Part shown: piece after piece, positions 51,562 through 63,300 of the stretch
Numbering within the stretch: the stretch's first letter is position 1
Layout: each line of letters begins with the position of its first letter
Source of the DNA: Eledone cirrhosa
Taxonomy: Eukaryota
Direction: 5' to 3'
Assembly: GCA_964016885.1 (NCBI GenBank)
Contig: OZ024742.1
Span: forward strand, 283,588,001-283,652,000
DNA: 64,000 bases
Notes under the pieces: model-generated
Seen by the model: the letters and a program-made list of their open reading frames with translations, nothing else
What the model was told of the DNA's origin: nothing
The model's database searches: none
Position numbers and translations under genes: made by a program

Positions 51562-53192
51562 TTAATGTTGATAAAAAAAAAAGTAGCAGTCCAATCGATT
51601 CTTCCTGTGTATCTCCTCTCTTTTTCTCTCCTTTTCTGGAAGAAAATTACTGTATTCAGATCTGGAAAGGGAATGGGTTCTGCCAGGCTTAAAGTGCACA
51701 AGACGATGCCCCTTTGACTCCATCAGGAGTTATGGGTCCAAGAAAAAAGAAATAATACAAAATAGTTGCTGCACAGAGACAACGAACCTTATTTTGTCCT
51801 TGATTTCCTGGGACTAGTGGCAAGTCTGGTCAAGGTAGCTGGGGGTATACCAGAGATGCAGTGGTATGACCAAAGCGACCTATGAGTCTTTCAGTGCTCT
51901 GAGATACATGTCCCATGGCAGCATAGTTGAATAGCATATTTCTGTCAATTGTAACTTAACCACTAACAGTTGAGCTTCCTCTACACAGGCTGCCAAAAAT
52001 TCAGTTTTCATATGAGCAGGGTGATAAACTCTTACAAATTTACCTAAATGATTGAAAATTATATTAAGCAGGCACTGTATTTTTAAGAAGAAAAAAAAAG
52101 AAAATGGTAATTAGTATCAGTTGTATATTCATTTGAAAGAGAAAACAAATTTATTTAGCGATTTCAAAATATGTAGTTAACCCTTTCATTACAATATCTA
52201 TAATGAAAGATACTACATATTATTTTCAAGAATTTGGAGGGGTCTAGTAATACAACTTTTTCATTATTAAGCTTCTTACATAAAATTACGATGGAGAAGT
52301 TTTAGATAAATATAAACAGACAGGTTTGTACTGTAGAACCAGAGGTGGTTTCATATCAAAACGGTTCAAGAAAACATTCCTGCATAATTTGTTCATTTAT
52401 TTATTGACTAGGTTATTAAACTTTATTGGATATTTCTTGTTATAGAAATTGTGTACCTGAATAACTAATTAATCCTGATTTGCCCAAGTATTTATGACAG
52501 GTCATCGACACTCAACCTAGTTTAGCCAGCTAGTCGATGCTATTTTCACAGTAAGTGATACACCGTTGTATGCAGACAATTTGTGGACTCAGTAACAACC
52601 AATACTCCTCTGAAAAGGAATACGAGATCCCCTAGCAAAGGTAGTCTCTCCTTGACATCACATACATTTTTCTTAGGCCAACTTGCAAAGTGAATGTTTT
52701 ATTGAGGAGATCTAATAAGAACGAAACATGTACGATGCTTTCCTCAAGTTGGCTCAAAGACAAGATGCAGTGTCTGAAAAAGCTTATATCAGTCGGAGCT
52801 ATAGGAGTTATCTCCCTTGCTTGCTTTCATAACTGAACACCTTAGGATGGAGATTCTGATGAGGAATTGCGAGGATAATCTTCGTTGATTAGTGTTATTT
52901 TTTCCCCACTCCCCATATTTAGACACCGAGACTCTTGTTTCTCTTTTAATTTTCAGCTGATTATTATATCAAATATGTTATAACTAACTTAACTTATACA
53001 AAATTATTTTGGAAGATTTTATATTTAAATTGGAAACCTTTAAAATGGGTGATTTTATTTCATAGAATCAGAGCCGGTTTTGGCCAGGTTGGTAACAAAG
53101 GGGTTAACACTGTGTTTCAGAATAATAAATGACCATTATGAAATATAAAAAAAAGGTATTATATTTGTAATTAATAAACACTTATTGATGTT

Positions 53193-53783
53193 ATGGAGGA
53201 GAAAGTGTGCAAGAGTCAGGGGATAATGTTGAAGCACAATCTGATAGTAAAGATATATCTCACCTGACATAAGTACAGATACACAAAGAATCACAAACCT
53301 GTGACATCTGCTTTAAGGTATTCTCTCAGAATGTACTTCAATTAATCACAAATCTTCTCACACATGAGACACCATATCAATGTGATATCTGGTAAAACAT
53401 TCTTACAGTGTAGTAAATTAATAAGCCATAAAAGTATTAACATGTCTGTGATATCTGTAGTAAATCATTCTCTCGAAAAGTATTCTTACGTATTCACAAA
53501 TGTGTTCATATAGGGAAGAAATTATAACATTGCGACATCTGATAAGCCATTCTCTCGAAAAAATAATTTTATTCTTCACAAACCTATTCATACAGGTGAG
53601 AAACCATACCACAATGATGTGTGTGATAGAGCATTCTCTTGGAAAGGTCAATTGATTAGACACATATGTATTCATACAGGCGAGAAACCATATTACTGTG
53701 ATATTTATGGTAAATTATTCTCTCATAAGAGCAATTTAACTATTCAACGATGTAATCCATTATATAAGAAGCCATATGACTGA
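53193..53783 (+). pseudogene. C2H2 ZNF pseudogene, tandem paralog of ZNF-C
   Basis: Colinear with 46501-47196 (e.g. CAATTGATTAGACACATA, AGCAATTTAACTAT) but with frameshifts and stops. The 3' flank is also homologous. Confidence 0.85.
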
Positions 53784-54789
53784 TATCTCTGGTTACTTCA
53801 TTTTAAGTGGTTAATATGATTTTTCTCAATTAGATATATAATATACTAATTCGAGGACTATAAATTTTGCTTAAATTGTAAGAACATAATATTCTATAGA
53901 GCCTGTAAGGATGAAAGTCAAATCTGACCTCATCAGGCTTTGAATTCAGGGTGTAGGGAGCTGGAATAAATACTGTAACGCATTCTATTTCACTTGCTAA
54001 CAACCCTGTCAGTTCATTACCTATATGCTTGATAAAAATAAATTTAATTTTCTTACATTTATAAATTATTTAAATGTTAATAGTTCTGCAACAATCTCCA
54101 GATATTATAATTGATTGTTTGAAATAAGATTGTTAAAACTTAACCTTTTCATTACCTTACTCCTAATGAAAGACACTACCTATAATTGTCAAATAAATTT
54201 TAAAATATTCAAGAACTTGGATGGGTTTAATAAAATAACTTTCTCAATATTAAGCTGGTGTTTCGAGCATAACTTAACCCTTTCATTACCATATTTCTAA
54301 TGAGACACCGACTATGATTTTCAAGTAATTTTGACAATAATCAGAAATTTAGACAGGTTTAATAAAATATATCATTATTAAGCTGGTGTTTGGATCACAC
54401 CTTTCTACATCATTTTATATAAGAACTTTGCTATCAGTTAAATCCTATGCCCCAGTTTAATAATGAAAATGTTGGTTAGTTTATTAATTTCCTCCAAATC
54501 CTTAATTTTTGTCAAATTATTACAAACAGGTATGCTGTATTATCTCTTTGGAAATATGGCAACAAAAGAGTTAAACGGGTTGTCATGTTATGAGAAATGT
54601 CAGATCAGGTGATTATATATATATGCATTTTAAATGGTTAATGTGATTTGTCTTGATGAGATATATAATATACTAATTCGAGAACCATAAATTTTATTAA
54701 ATTGTAAGAACCTAATAGATCCTGTAAGGATGAGAGTCTCCAACCTTCACATAAAGTTGTCTCCCTGGAGCCTCATCATTAAGTGCCCA

Positions 54790-55000
54790 GCCCTCTCTAT
54801 AAAGTGGTCGTGTAGGTATCATGACAAAAGCGCCCAGTCCACCTTGTAAAATGGTTGTGTAGGTGTCACAACAAAAGCACCTAGTCCACTTTGCAAAGTG
54901 GTCATGTAGGTGTCACAACAAAAGCGCCCAGTATACTCTGTAAAGTGGTCATGTAGGTGTCATGACAAAAAAGCTCCCAGTCAACACCATAAAGTGGTCT
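54790..55000. repeat. ~47-bp tandem repeat, 4-5 copies
   Basis: AAAGTGGTC.TGTAGGTGTCA..ACAAAAGC.CCCAGT recurs at about 54800, 54847, 54894, 54941 and 54990. Confidence 0.8.
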
Positions 55001-55032
55001 ATATATATCATCATCATTATTGTTTAACATCC

Positions 55033-55063
<31 letters not shown>

Positions 55064-55069
55064 TATATA

Positions 55070-55285
55070 TAGTTATGTAATAAACAACAGAAGATAATTA
55101 TTTCATTTACCAGTGGTTTCTTGAAAGCAAACAAATCTGCTTTCAGTCATCAGAATGTTTGCTTTCAAGAAACCACTGGTAAATGAAATAATTATCTTAT
55201 GTTGTTTATTACATAACTAATAAGCTCTGTAACCTACATAGAGCACTCTTTTTTCCTGGACCTTTCCGACGGAATTACTTCATTT
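55070..55285. mobile_element. Head-to-head inverted insertion in (TA)n, Penelope-like fragment
   Basis: 55070-55133 is the reverse complement of 55156-55219. (TA)n on both flanks. A hammerhead spans the junction. Confidence 0.7.
55104..55157 (-). ncRNA. Minimal type-I hammerhead ribozyme
   Basis: Minus strand reads CATT CTGATGA C TGAAAGCAG ATTTGT TTGCTTTCA A GAAA CCA C TGG TA AATG: stems I-III, intact core, GUA triplet, C.A mismatch at the base of stem II. Confidence 0.75.
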
Positions 55286-55309
55286 ATATATATATATAAA
55301 TGTTATAAT

Positions 55310-55900
55310 TATGTTCCCTGTCACATTCTCTTAAAAAGAGGACCATTTTCTTGATGTTTCTGCAATGAATGGAAATCCGTTGGGCTAGGTTAACCTTTAA
55401 TTGATAGGGGACCCAAACATCAAGCCTGCTGATGTAACCAAGTTGATGCAGATGATTTTCAACACTTGATTTGGATATTTGAAGAATATCTGTGATCATC
55501 CTGTTCATATAACAGGGGTTGATGTTGACTAACTCATTCATTTTCTCGCTGTTAATGCATCTTGAACTGAAAAACTTCCCGATTGAAATCTTGAAAACCA
55601 CTTCTGGCACACACATTCCATAACACCATCCTCTCCATATACAGTGCCCATCTTCCTGCAGGTTTCTGCCACTTTCCTACTTTTTTTAAGTAAAAAATTA
55701 TGAGGTGTTGATAATGTTCATTTTGGTTTGCCATTTTCACACAAAATACAACCTTGTTACAAGTTCACGTAAAACTATGTTGAAGTATCAAGTATCTAAC
55801 AAATGTGAATGCACAATGGACAGACTGAAGTTAGCTACTTATTAGTGTGCTTGAAATTTAGTCTTAACAAAAACCAAACATATTTTTTTGCCATCCTTAT
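55310..55900 (-). mobile_element. Mariner (Mos1-like) transposase remnant
   Basis: MANQNEHYQHLIIFYLKK... and ISKSSVENHLHQLGYISRLDVWVPYQL (WVPHEL-like motif). Confidence 0.75.
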
Positions 55901-55977
55901 ATATGTATGGGCATATAAAGAGAGAGAGATGCACAAGAAGTATGTGCAACAAATTAATATTTGTGTGTGTATGAAGC

Positions 55978-58900
55978 TGTAGCGACGTGGTTAGTCAGTC
56001 TGGTCACTACTTCTGATCAGATCCGAGAATAGCCCTTAAAAGGACTGTTATCGCATACGGTCTGATCGGATCTGAGGGTAGCCCTTAAAAGGGCTGTTGT
56101 CACATACGGTAAAGATGAACAGACGAAAGCACAAGTTGAAAGGACGAAGCAAGGCGAGAGATGTAGTTTCGATCAGCTATTTATTTTCATAAATGAAGCG
56201 ACGATACAGAGGTACAAGGCGTGTATGAGTGACAAGTGTGGCAGAGGCGAGGAACAACGATACGCTAGCTGACTCTGCCAAAGGTCGACTGCTGAAGTGT
56301 TTGGAATCACTCTATTTATACAAAAATAATTGTTTGATGTTTAGCTGCTGCGTAGGTGTTTTATTTTGGTGGCTTTAAGGGTTGTTTGTTTCACGGTGAG
56401 GTAGTTAGCTAAGCAGATAGATGGCGCTGTTTATTTCATAGATGTTATTTCCGGTGGCTGTACATTAGTTCCCTGCCAGATCTTTTGTACAACAAAAGAG
56501 CAAAATATTGTATAGTAATGAGCCAGTGCTGCATTTGTCATAATAGTCCAAGGTGTGTCCAGCACGTTGTGAAGTTTGGTGATCATCGAGTATAGGACAG
56601 AGTCGATGTAGAGATGATATGGCAAGATGTGTGTGTCAGGAAGAGAAAAAAGAAATAAACTATAAAATGACTTTGACCATATTTATGCAAGCGTGATGAA
56701 TGAGCCTGTTGCAATTTGGGTTGAGCTGCTTGTGAATTGCGTGACAAAAGGTCTAACAGGGAAGTGAAAATAACTGTAATGTGTTAACTGAATGGCCGTA
56801 AGCATGCTGCCTAAAAGTAACAGTTTACTCCAAAGCATATGACTTGAGCGAATGCATGTGGTAAAAAATAGCGAGGCATTCTCGAGCTATTGAGTGAATG
56901 TGTACGTGAAAAAAAGAAGGCCAGTGTTTTGAGGATGCGATTTGTGAAATGGGTGATCAAAAAGAAAACATTTTGTAGTGTAAGAGTTAGAGGGACAAAA
57001 TATCTATTGCTCAGTGTTGAAACGAAAGGTGAAACAAACGTGGTTGTGTAGTGTGCATGGAAAATAGAATATGTACATGCCTTGTATGTATATAAAAATT
57101 ATGACAATTACACAATTAATATTGCAGAACAAGAAAAATAAAAATTTTTGCAAAACAAGAGAGAGAAAAAAAAAAAAAATGCTATACACAATGTTTGTTC
57201 TTGAATAGTGTTTGTAATAGATAATGTTCATAATAAATAATGTTCTTTGTGACATGAGCACATGGTCACTAAAAATTGCAATTGTTCAAGCAGAAAGTTC
57301 ATTGTATTTGAAACTGGAAATAGTAAACACAAGGAAAATGGAAATGTTTTGCAAGAAGAATGATTAAGAAACTCACTTGAGGTTAACGGTAATTCACATA
57401 TTGTGCCAACTTGGTGGGCCAATGGACACATTGTCCACTTCTCATGACTGGAGATGAAACAGGTGGCTTGCTGGGACAGCAATCTGTTGGAGTTTCTGGT
57501 GTAGAGACTGTAACAGTATCTATGATGGCTTTTTTTTTAATCTGTCCACTCTGACAGAATTCTGTTTACCATCTAGATCGAGAATAAAATATTTCGGATA
57601 TTTTTTTAGAACACGATAAGGGCCAGAATATGGAGGCCGAAGATGAGCTGAGATGGTGTCATTTCAAACGAAAACGTGTGTCCAATCTTTAATGTCTGAA
57701 GGTACGTGTGTGGCCGTGTTCTGTTGACGGGTGCTTGCAGGAGCAAGGTGAGACATATATTGTTGAAGACGTGTACGTATGATCCTGGGTCTGGAACATC
57801 CTGAGGAGAGATGGGAGCAACCATCTGACCAGGTAGAACCAGGGTGGTGCCGTACACTAATTCTGCAGGTGTGTGTCCGAATTCCTCCTTAACGGTGGAT
57901 CGAATGCCTAGAAGGATGAGTGACAGGTATTCAAACCAGTGGGTCTTCTCTGGATATGCTTTTATTGCAGCTTTCAATTGGTAATGGAATCTTTCCACGA
58001 GATCATTAGCTTGCGGGTGATAAGCTGTCGTGCGGATGTGTTTACATCCTAACAGGCGAGTCAGTTCCCTGAAGAGGTGGGAGTCAAACTGGCGTCCTCT
58101 GTCCGTTGTTATCTTCGCTGGGGCGCCATAACGTGATACCCAGTGTAAAACCAAAGTTTTAGCGACTGTTTCCGCTGAGGTATCACTTATGGGAAAAACG
58201 ATCTATGCAGGTGAGCAAGTGTGTGCAGTTCTGTAATGGTGGTAGAGGTCCGACGATGTCGATATGCACATGATGAAAACGTGCATCAGGTTGTGCGAAT
58301 GTGCCGAGTGGAGTTTTGATGTGTCTGTGGACTTTGGCTTTCTGGCAGGCAATGCAGCTCCTGGACCAGTCGCGCACGTCCTTGTTAATGCTAGTCCACA
58401 CAAAACGAGCAGAGATGAGTTTCTGTGTAGCCCAGATTCCCGGGTGAGACAAGCAGTGTAAAGCAGAAAAAACTTGTCGACGATGCATCTGTGGTACGTA
58501 CGGTCGTTCATGACCGGTAGAAAGGTCGCACCAAATTTGTCCCAGAGAAGAAGGAATGGGAACTTGCTGAAACTTGAGGGATGGCGAATCTCGGAGCTTA
58601 ATAAACTCTTCGTCAGTCTCTTGGTCAGTTGCGATGTGTTGAAGGTCGATGCCTGAATGTACATGTATTGCGTTCAGCTGGATTCGGGACAAGGCGTCGG
58701 CTGCTATGTTGTCTGATCCCTTGATATGCCGAATATCAGAATATTGGGAGACAAAATCCAGGTGTCGGAGTTCTCTCTGTGAATGTCGATGAGGTTTGGT
58801 ACGGAACGCATAAACTAGTGGTTTGTGGTCTGTGTAGATCACGAAATCCGATCCTTCGAGCATGTGACGAAAATGTTTAACCGAAAGGTAGGTTGCCAAG

Positions 58901-61286
58901 AGTTTGCGGCCAAACGTACTGTATTTGGTTTCTGCAGCTTGCAACCGCTTAGAAAAGAAGGATAAGGGTTGCCAAACGCCGTCGACATATTGTTGTAAAA
59001 CGCCTCCAAACCCCGTGTCTGATGCGTCCACTAGCAGCGAAAGAGGAGTGCCAGATCTGGGGAAAATGAGCATGGATGCGTTTGCCAACATTTCCTTCAG
59101 GCGGTTAAAAGATGTTAATTCTTCCTCGTTCAGAGTGACCTCTTCGTTTTTGCGAGTCCGGTTGCGAAGAAGGTCCGTGAGGAGTCTGGCTGCATTGGCA
59201 CAATGAGGGATGAAACTCCTATAAAAATTCACCAAACCAAGGAATTCACACAGTTTCCAAAGTGATGTAGGTGCGGGAAAATTGCGGATAGCTTCTACTT
59301 TCTCGGGAAGTGGACGAATGCCGTCTTTATCAATAATGTGCCCGAGAAAGGACAGTGAAGGAACGCCGAGAAGGCACTTTCTGGGGTTGATGATAATACC
59401 GTACTCGGCCAAACATTGTAAAAGAAGATCTAAGTGCTTCTCGTGTTCTTGCTCAGAAGTAGTTGCTACTAGCATGTCGTCGATATACGCGTATGCAAAG
59501 GGTAGATCACGTAACACGATGTTAATAAGCCGCTGAAAAGTTTGTGCAGCATTGCGCAGACCGAACGGCATTCGCAGGAATTCAAATAAACCGAGCGGTG
59601 TTGTGATTGCGGTCTTCGGAATATCTGCAGGCTCCATAGGTATCTGGTTATATGCCCGTACCAAATCTATCTTGGAAAAGATGCGTGCGCCTTGCAGAGA
59701 GGCAGAAAAGTCGTGCAAGTGAGGTACAGGGTAATTATCGGGTACTGTAGAATTGTTGAGTGCACGATAATCCCCACATGGTCGCCAATCATTCTCGTTT
59801 TTTTTTAGGAACAAGGTGTAGGGGCGCAGACCAGTTGCTGGAGGAAGGGTTGAATGATTCCGAGGTCCAGCATGTGTTGAAACTCTTGTTTGGCGATTCT
59901 CAATCGGTCTGGAGGCAATCTCCTTGGTCGGGCAGCTGTGGGTGGTCCTCTTGTCTCGATGTGATGTGTGACACTATGCTTAATAGGTCCATCCTTAAAT
60001 ACCGGGTGAGTGATGTCTGGGTATTTCTGGAGAATGCCGTTGTAACGCGAAGGCTCTGACTGGCAAATTACAGGGCTCACTGTGGATTGCGTGGTAAATA
60101 TACCTCTCACAGTGAGGTTTGTGGTGGTGTCAATAAGCCTCCGGTTCTTCATGTCCACCAGAAGGTTGAAGTGGTGGAGAAAATCGGCTCCTAAGATAGG
60201 GGTCAGCAGGTCTGCCACAACGAACACCCATTGAAAACGACGCCTCAGGCCTAAATTGAGGGTCAGTGATTTTTCCCCGAAAGTCGGAATTGACGATCGG
60301 TTCACTGCCTGCAGAAAGGACAGTGATGGATGGCCTTTGCCCGAGACTAGTGAAACAGGAATAACACTAATCTGGGCTCCTGTATCCATGAGGTAACGGA
60401 TGCCTGTCGCTTGGTCGTTGATAAAAAACAGACGACTTTTTTTCTCAGTACCAGGGGTGAACGTCATCGCTAGGCCCTGGGTGGTATTCTGGAAAGAGCA
60501 CGGGGCCTTGCACTTAGATGCCTGTGCGCCAAATTCTGCGTGATACCAGCAGAGGTTGCCGGACACACGATTTTGACTGGGACTTCTGGATCTTCGACTG
60601 TGAAAAGGCCTGGATCGACTGTTGCTGCGTCGCCGGTGTGTTTGAAAGGTCAGGTTCTCTACTTGATTTGAGAGGGCTATAATTTGACCAGCCCGCTCTC
60701 TGAAATCTCGGCCTCTGTCATTGGTTGTGACATGTCCATGTTGGTATCTTCTTAGGCTGCTGTCTGGTTGCATGTTCAAATCACATCGGGGTCACCAATT
60801 GTAGCGACGTGGTTAGTCAGTCTGGTCACTACTTCTGATCAGATCCAAGAATAACCCTTAAAAGGACTGTTATCGCATACGGTCTGATCGGATCTGAGGG
60901 TAGCCCTTAAAAAGACTGTTGTCTCATACGATAAGGATGAACAGACGAAAGCACAAGTTGAAAGGACGAGCAAGGCGAGAGATGTAGTTTCGGTCAGCTA
61001 TTTATTTTCATAAATGAAGCGACGATACAGAGGTACAAGGCGTGTGTGAGTGACAAGTGTGGCAGAGGAGAGGAACAACGATACGCTAGCAGACTCTGCC
61101 AAAGGTCGACTGGCGAAAGTGTTTGGAATCACTCTATTTATACAAAAATAATCGTTTGATGTTTAGCCGCTGCGTAGGCGTTTTATTTTGGTGACTTTAA
61201 GGGTTGTTTGTTTCACGGTGAGGTAGTTAGCTAAGCAGATAGATGGCGCTGTTTATTTCATAGATGTTATTTCTGGTGGCTGTACA
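55978..61286 (-). mobile_element. Ty3/Gypsy LTR retrotransposon (element 2), decayed, gag 5' part deleted
   Basis: LTRs 60800-61286 and 55978-56464 (TG...CA, roughly 96% identical by eye). TSD AAGC (55974-55977 / 61287-61290). tRNA-Trp PBS at 60797-60766. Confidence 0.97.
57480..60779 (-). pseudogene. pol: gag(C-term)-pol of Gypsy element 2, frameshifted
   Basis: CWYHAEFG, protease YLMDTGAQ, RT DYRALN/MPFGL/YIDD, RNase H VDASD/YTDHKPL, integrase HPG/HIDIVGP/ITTDRG/VERFH, spread over three frames. Confidence 0.92.
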
Positions 61287-61350
61287 AAGCCAACCTAAAT
61301 ATGAGAATTTACTTAAGACATACCATTTTTAGTATTAAATAGAAACATGC

Positions 61351-61387
<37 letters not shown>

Positions 61388-61389
<2 letters not shown>

Positions 61390-61540
61390 GAGGGCATGCT
61401 GAAAAGTTCCAGGGTTTGGGTAAAAGAAAATACAGGAGGATCAGTTAATTATGATTTTAATCAACATATTCCTTCTCTCAGATTCACACACTTATTGCAG
61501 CAGTCCTTTAGTTTTTCTAAGCCTTGTAAAAAGACTTCAG
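61388..61540. mobile_element. Mariner-type end fragment
   Basis: CGAGGGCATGCTGAAAAGTTCC resembles mariner-family TIRs and sits next to a (TA)n(CA)n tract. Confidence 0.5.
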
Positions 61541-62502
61541 AACTCACTGTAAATGAGGTTGGTGTTAGAAAGGGCATCCAGCTGTAGAAATCAAGCCAAA
61601 ATCAGTCCTATATGAACAAGACATGGTCACCTGACCTGGCATTGCCCACAACAGGACAACCCGTCTAACCCATGCTAGCATGGAAGAATGGACGTAAAAC
61701 GGTGATGATGATGTATGTCTGTCTCTGTGTGTGTAGCAAAAAATATCAGTGGATGGGAAAAAGGAAAACAGTGCTTGATCTAGAATAAAAGAGTTGATAT
61801 ATTATTTATCTTCACACAGAGAAGAAAACGCTATTTTAGGTTTCAGCGGCCCAGCTTCCCCGAGTGTTTCGAATGCCAAGGGCTAAAAAAATGTAATTCA
61901 TCGCCTGTTTCCAATATTTTAGTAACTGATTCCGTTTGGCGGTGCCTACAGTGATCGCGACCTCCGTCCTAGTAGCTAGAGTGGGAGATTTTCAGTTTCG
62001 GGTTTTCGGAACATAAAAATATGAAGGCCGTTTTTTAAAAGGTATAATTTTTTTAAAAAAAGTTAGAGAAGAATTTGAAAAATAATCCAGTGCCGAATTA
62101 TAAACTTAATCCCATGTATTAAATTGGTATTTTCATAATGATTTAGAAAATTATTCACTTTATAATATTCACAATAGTTTTAACTAGATAACCAACAGAC
62201 ACACATTATAACAAAACTAAAAGTTCTGCAACCAGCTAATAGATATTTTGAAGTGAAGGAGACCATATTAATCAAGATTTGGTCTGGATAATTTATTCCA
62301 TTGTTTAAACTATTTGTAGGTTTACAATAATTTATTCCAAGTTGCAACTATGCACTGACCTGTGTTTACATCTGTCATTTTATCAAAGCAATTCTTATTT
62401 TCGTTATTTTGTGATGCTACACATATTTAACAAGGAATCGCTTCTATAATAATATAATTCTTTTATTTGTTTCACACAAACTACATATTTCTAATCTTTC
62501 AG

Positions 62503-62688
62503 TGGTCAGATGCGAAAGTAAGGCTTTGGTTATCTGTATATTTAGATTTATCACTTAGTTAGTTCTCTACTATCAGTAATGTCAAAAATTTTCCCAATGT
62601 CTTTTGTTTGACAATGTCCTCACATTTCTACATCTATCACATCTAACTACACCAAATGCTGAAGAAAGATATTAGAAAAACAGTAAGT
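62503..62688 (+). promoter_or_regulatory. Putative ZNF promoter/non-coding exon 1 block (copy 4, inverted; its gene would lie right of the window)
   Basis: Reverse-complement homology to 314-510. Donor AAAACA|GTAAGT at 62683. Confidence 0.6.
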
Positions 62689-63104
62689 TGTACAAATATA
62701 TCTCTATTACGACCTAACTTTGGTTGATTGCATTGACGTACAATGAGAAAACTTTATATTAGTCTACAAATCTATAAAATAGCTTGTGTTGTTATTTTGG
62801 GGATTCACTAATGACATTTTCAAACAAATACTTCTAAAGACATAAATCGGTGGACGCTAATATAGTTTCGTTTTTCGCGTGTCACCTAACGATTTCGCTT
62901 TTTACATTTGTTTCTGTTTCTTGTCTAACTACACTAGTTACACATAAAATATAACATTTCTTTTAAAAAAAAAACATTTATGACTCAGTCAATGTAGAAA
63001 GGTCAATACCCATAACCTTTTCCAGGACCTCCTGGAATGATTGCAGGAAATTATTCCCTCATCGGAGACTCTCCTAATGCTTCCATCTGAGGGTCAGGTG
63101 ACGT

Positions 63105-63300
63105 AAAAGTGCATGGCCTAGTGGTTAGGTTTTGGACTTACGATCATATGGTTGTGAGTTCGATTTCTTGACCGAGCGACGCGTTGTACCCTTGAGTAAG
63201 ACGCTTCATTTCATGTTGCTCCAGTTCATTCAAATGTGGGGTGGGGAATGAGTACCACCAGCAGCAGCTGGGAGTCAACCCTTTCAATGGACTGGTGTTT
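63105..63300 (+). mobile_element. tRNA-derived SINE (second family)
   Basis: A-box-like TGGCCTAGTGG and B-box-like GAGTTCGATT, then CCTTGAGTAAGAC...CATGTTGCTCCAG. Related minus-strand copy near 10330-10460. Confidence 0.7.

Noticed and set aside
56465-57480. env-like gene in the long 3' region of Gypsy element 2
   Set aside because: Only short low-complexity ORFs with no signal peptide, furin site or transmembrane organisation.
60766-60797. tRNA-Trp gene
   Set aside because: Only the 3' 32 nt including CCA are present, adjacent to an LTR, so it is a primer-derived copy.
63105-63180. tRNA gene
   Set aside because: A/B boxes are present but there is no intact cloverleaf and it continues into a SINE body.
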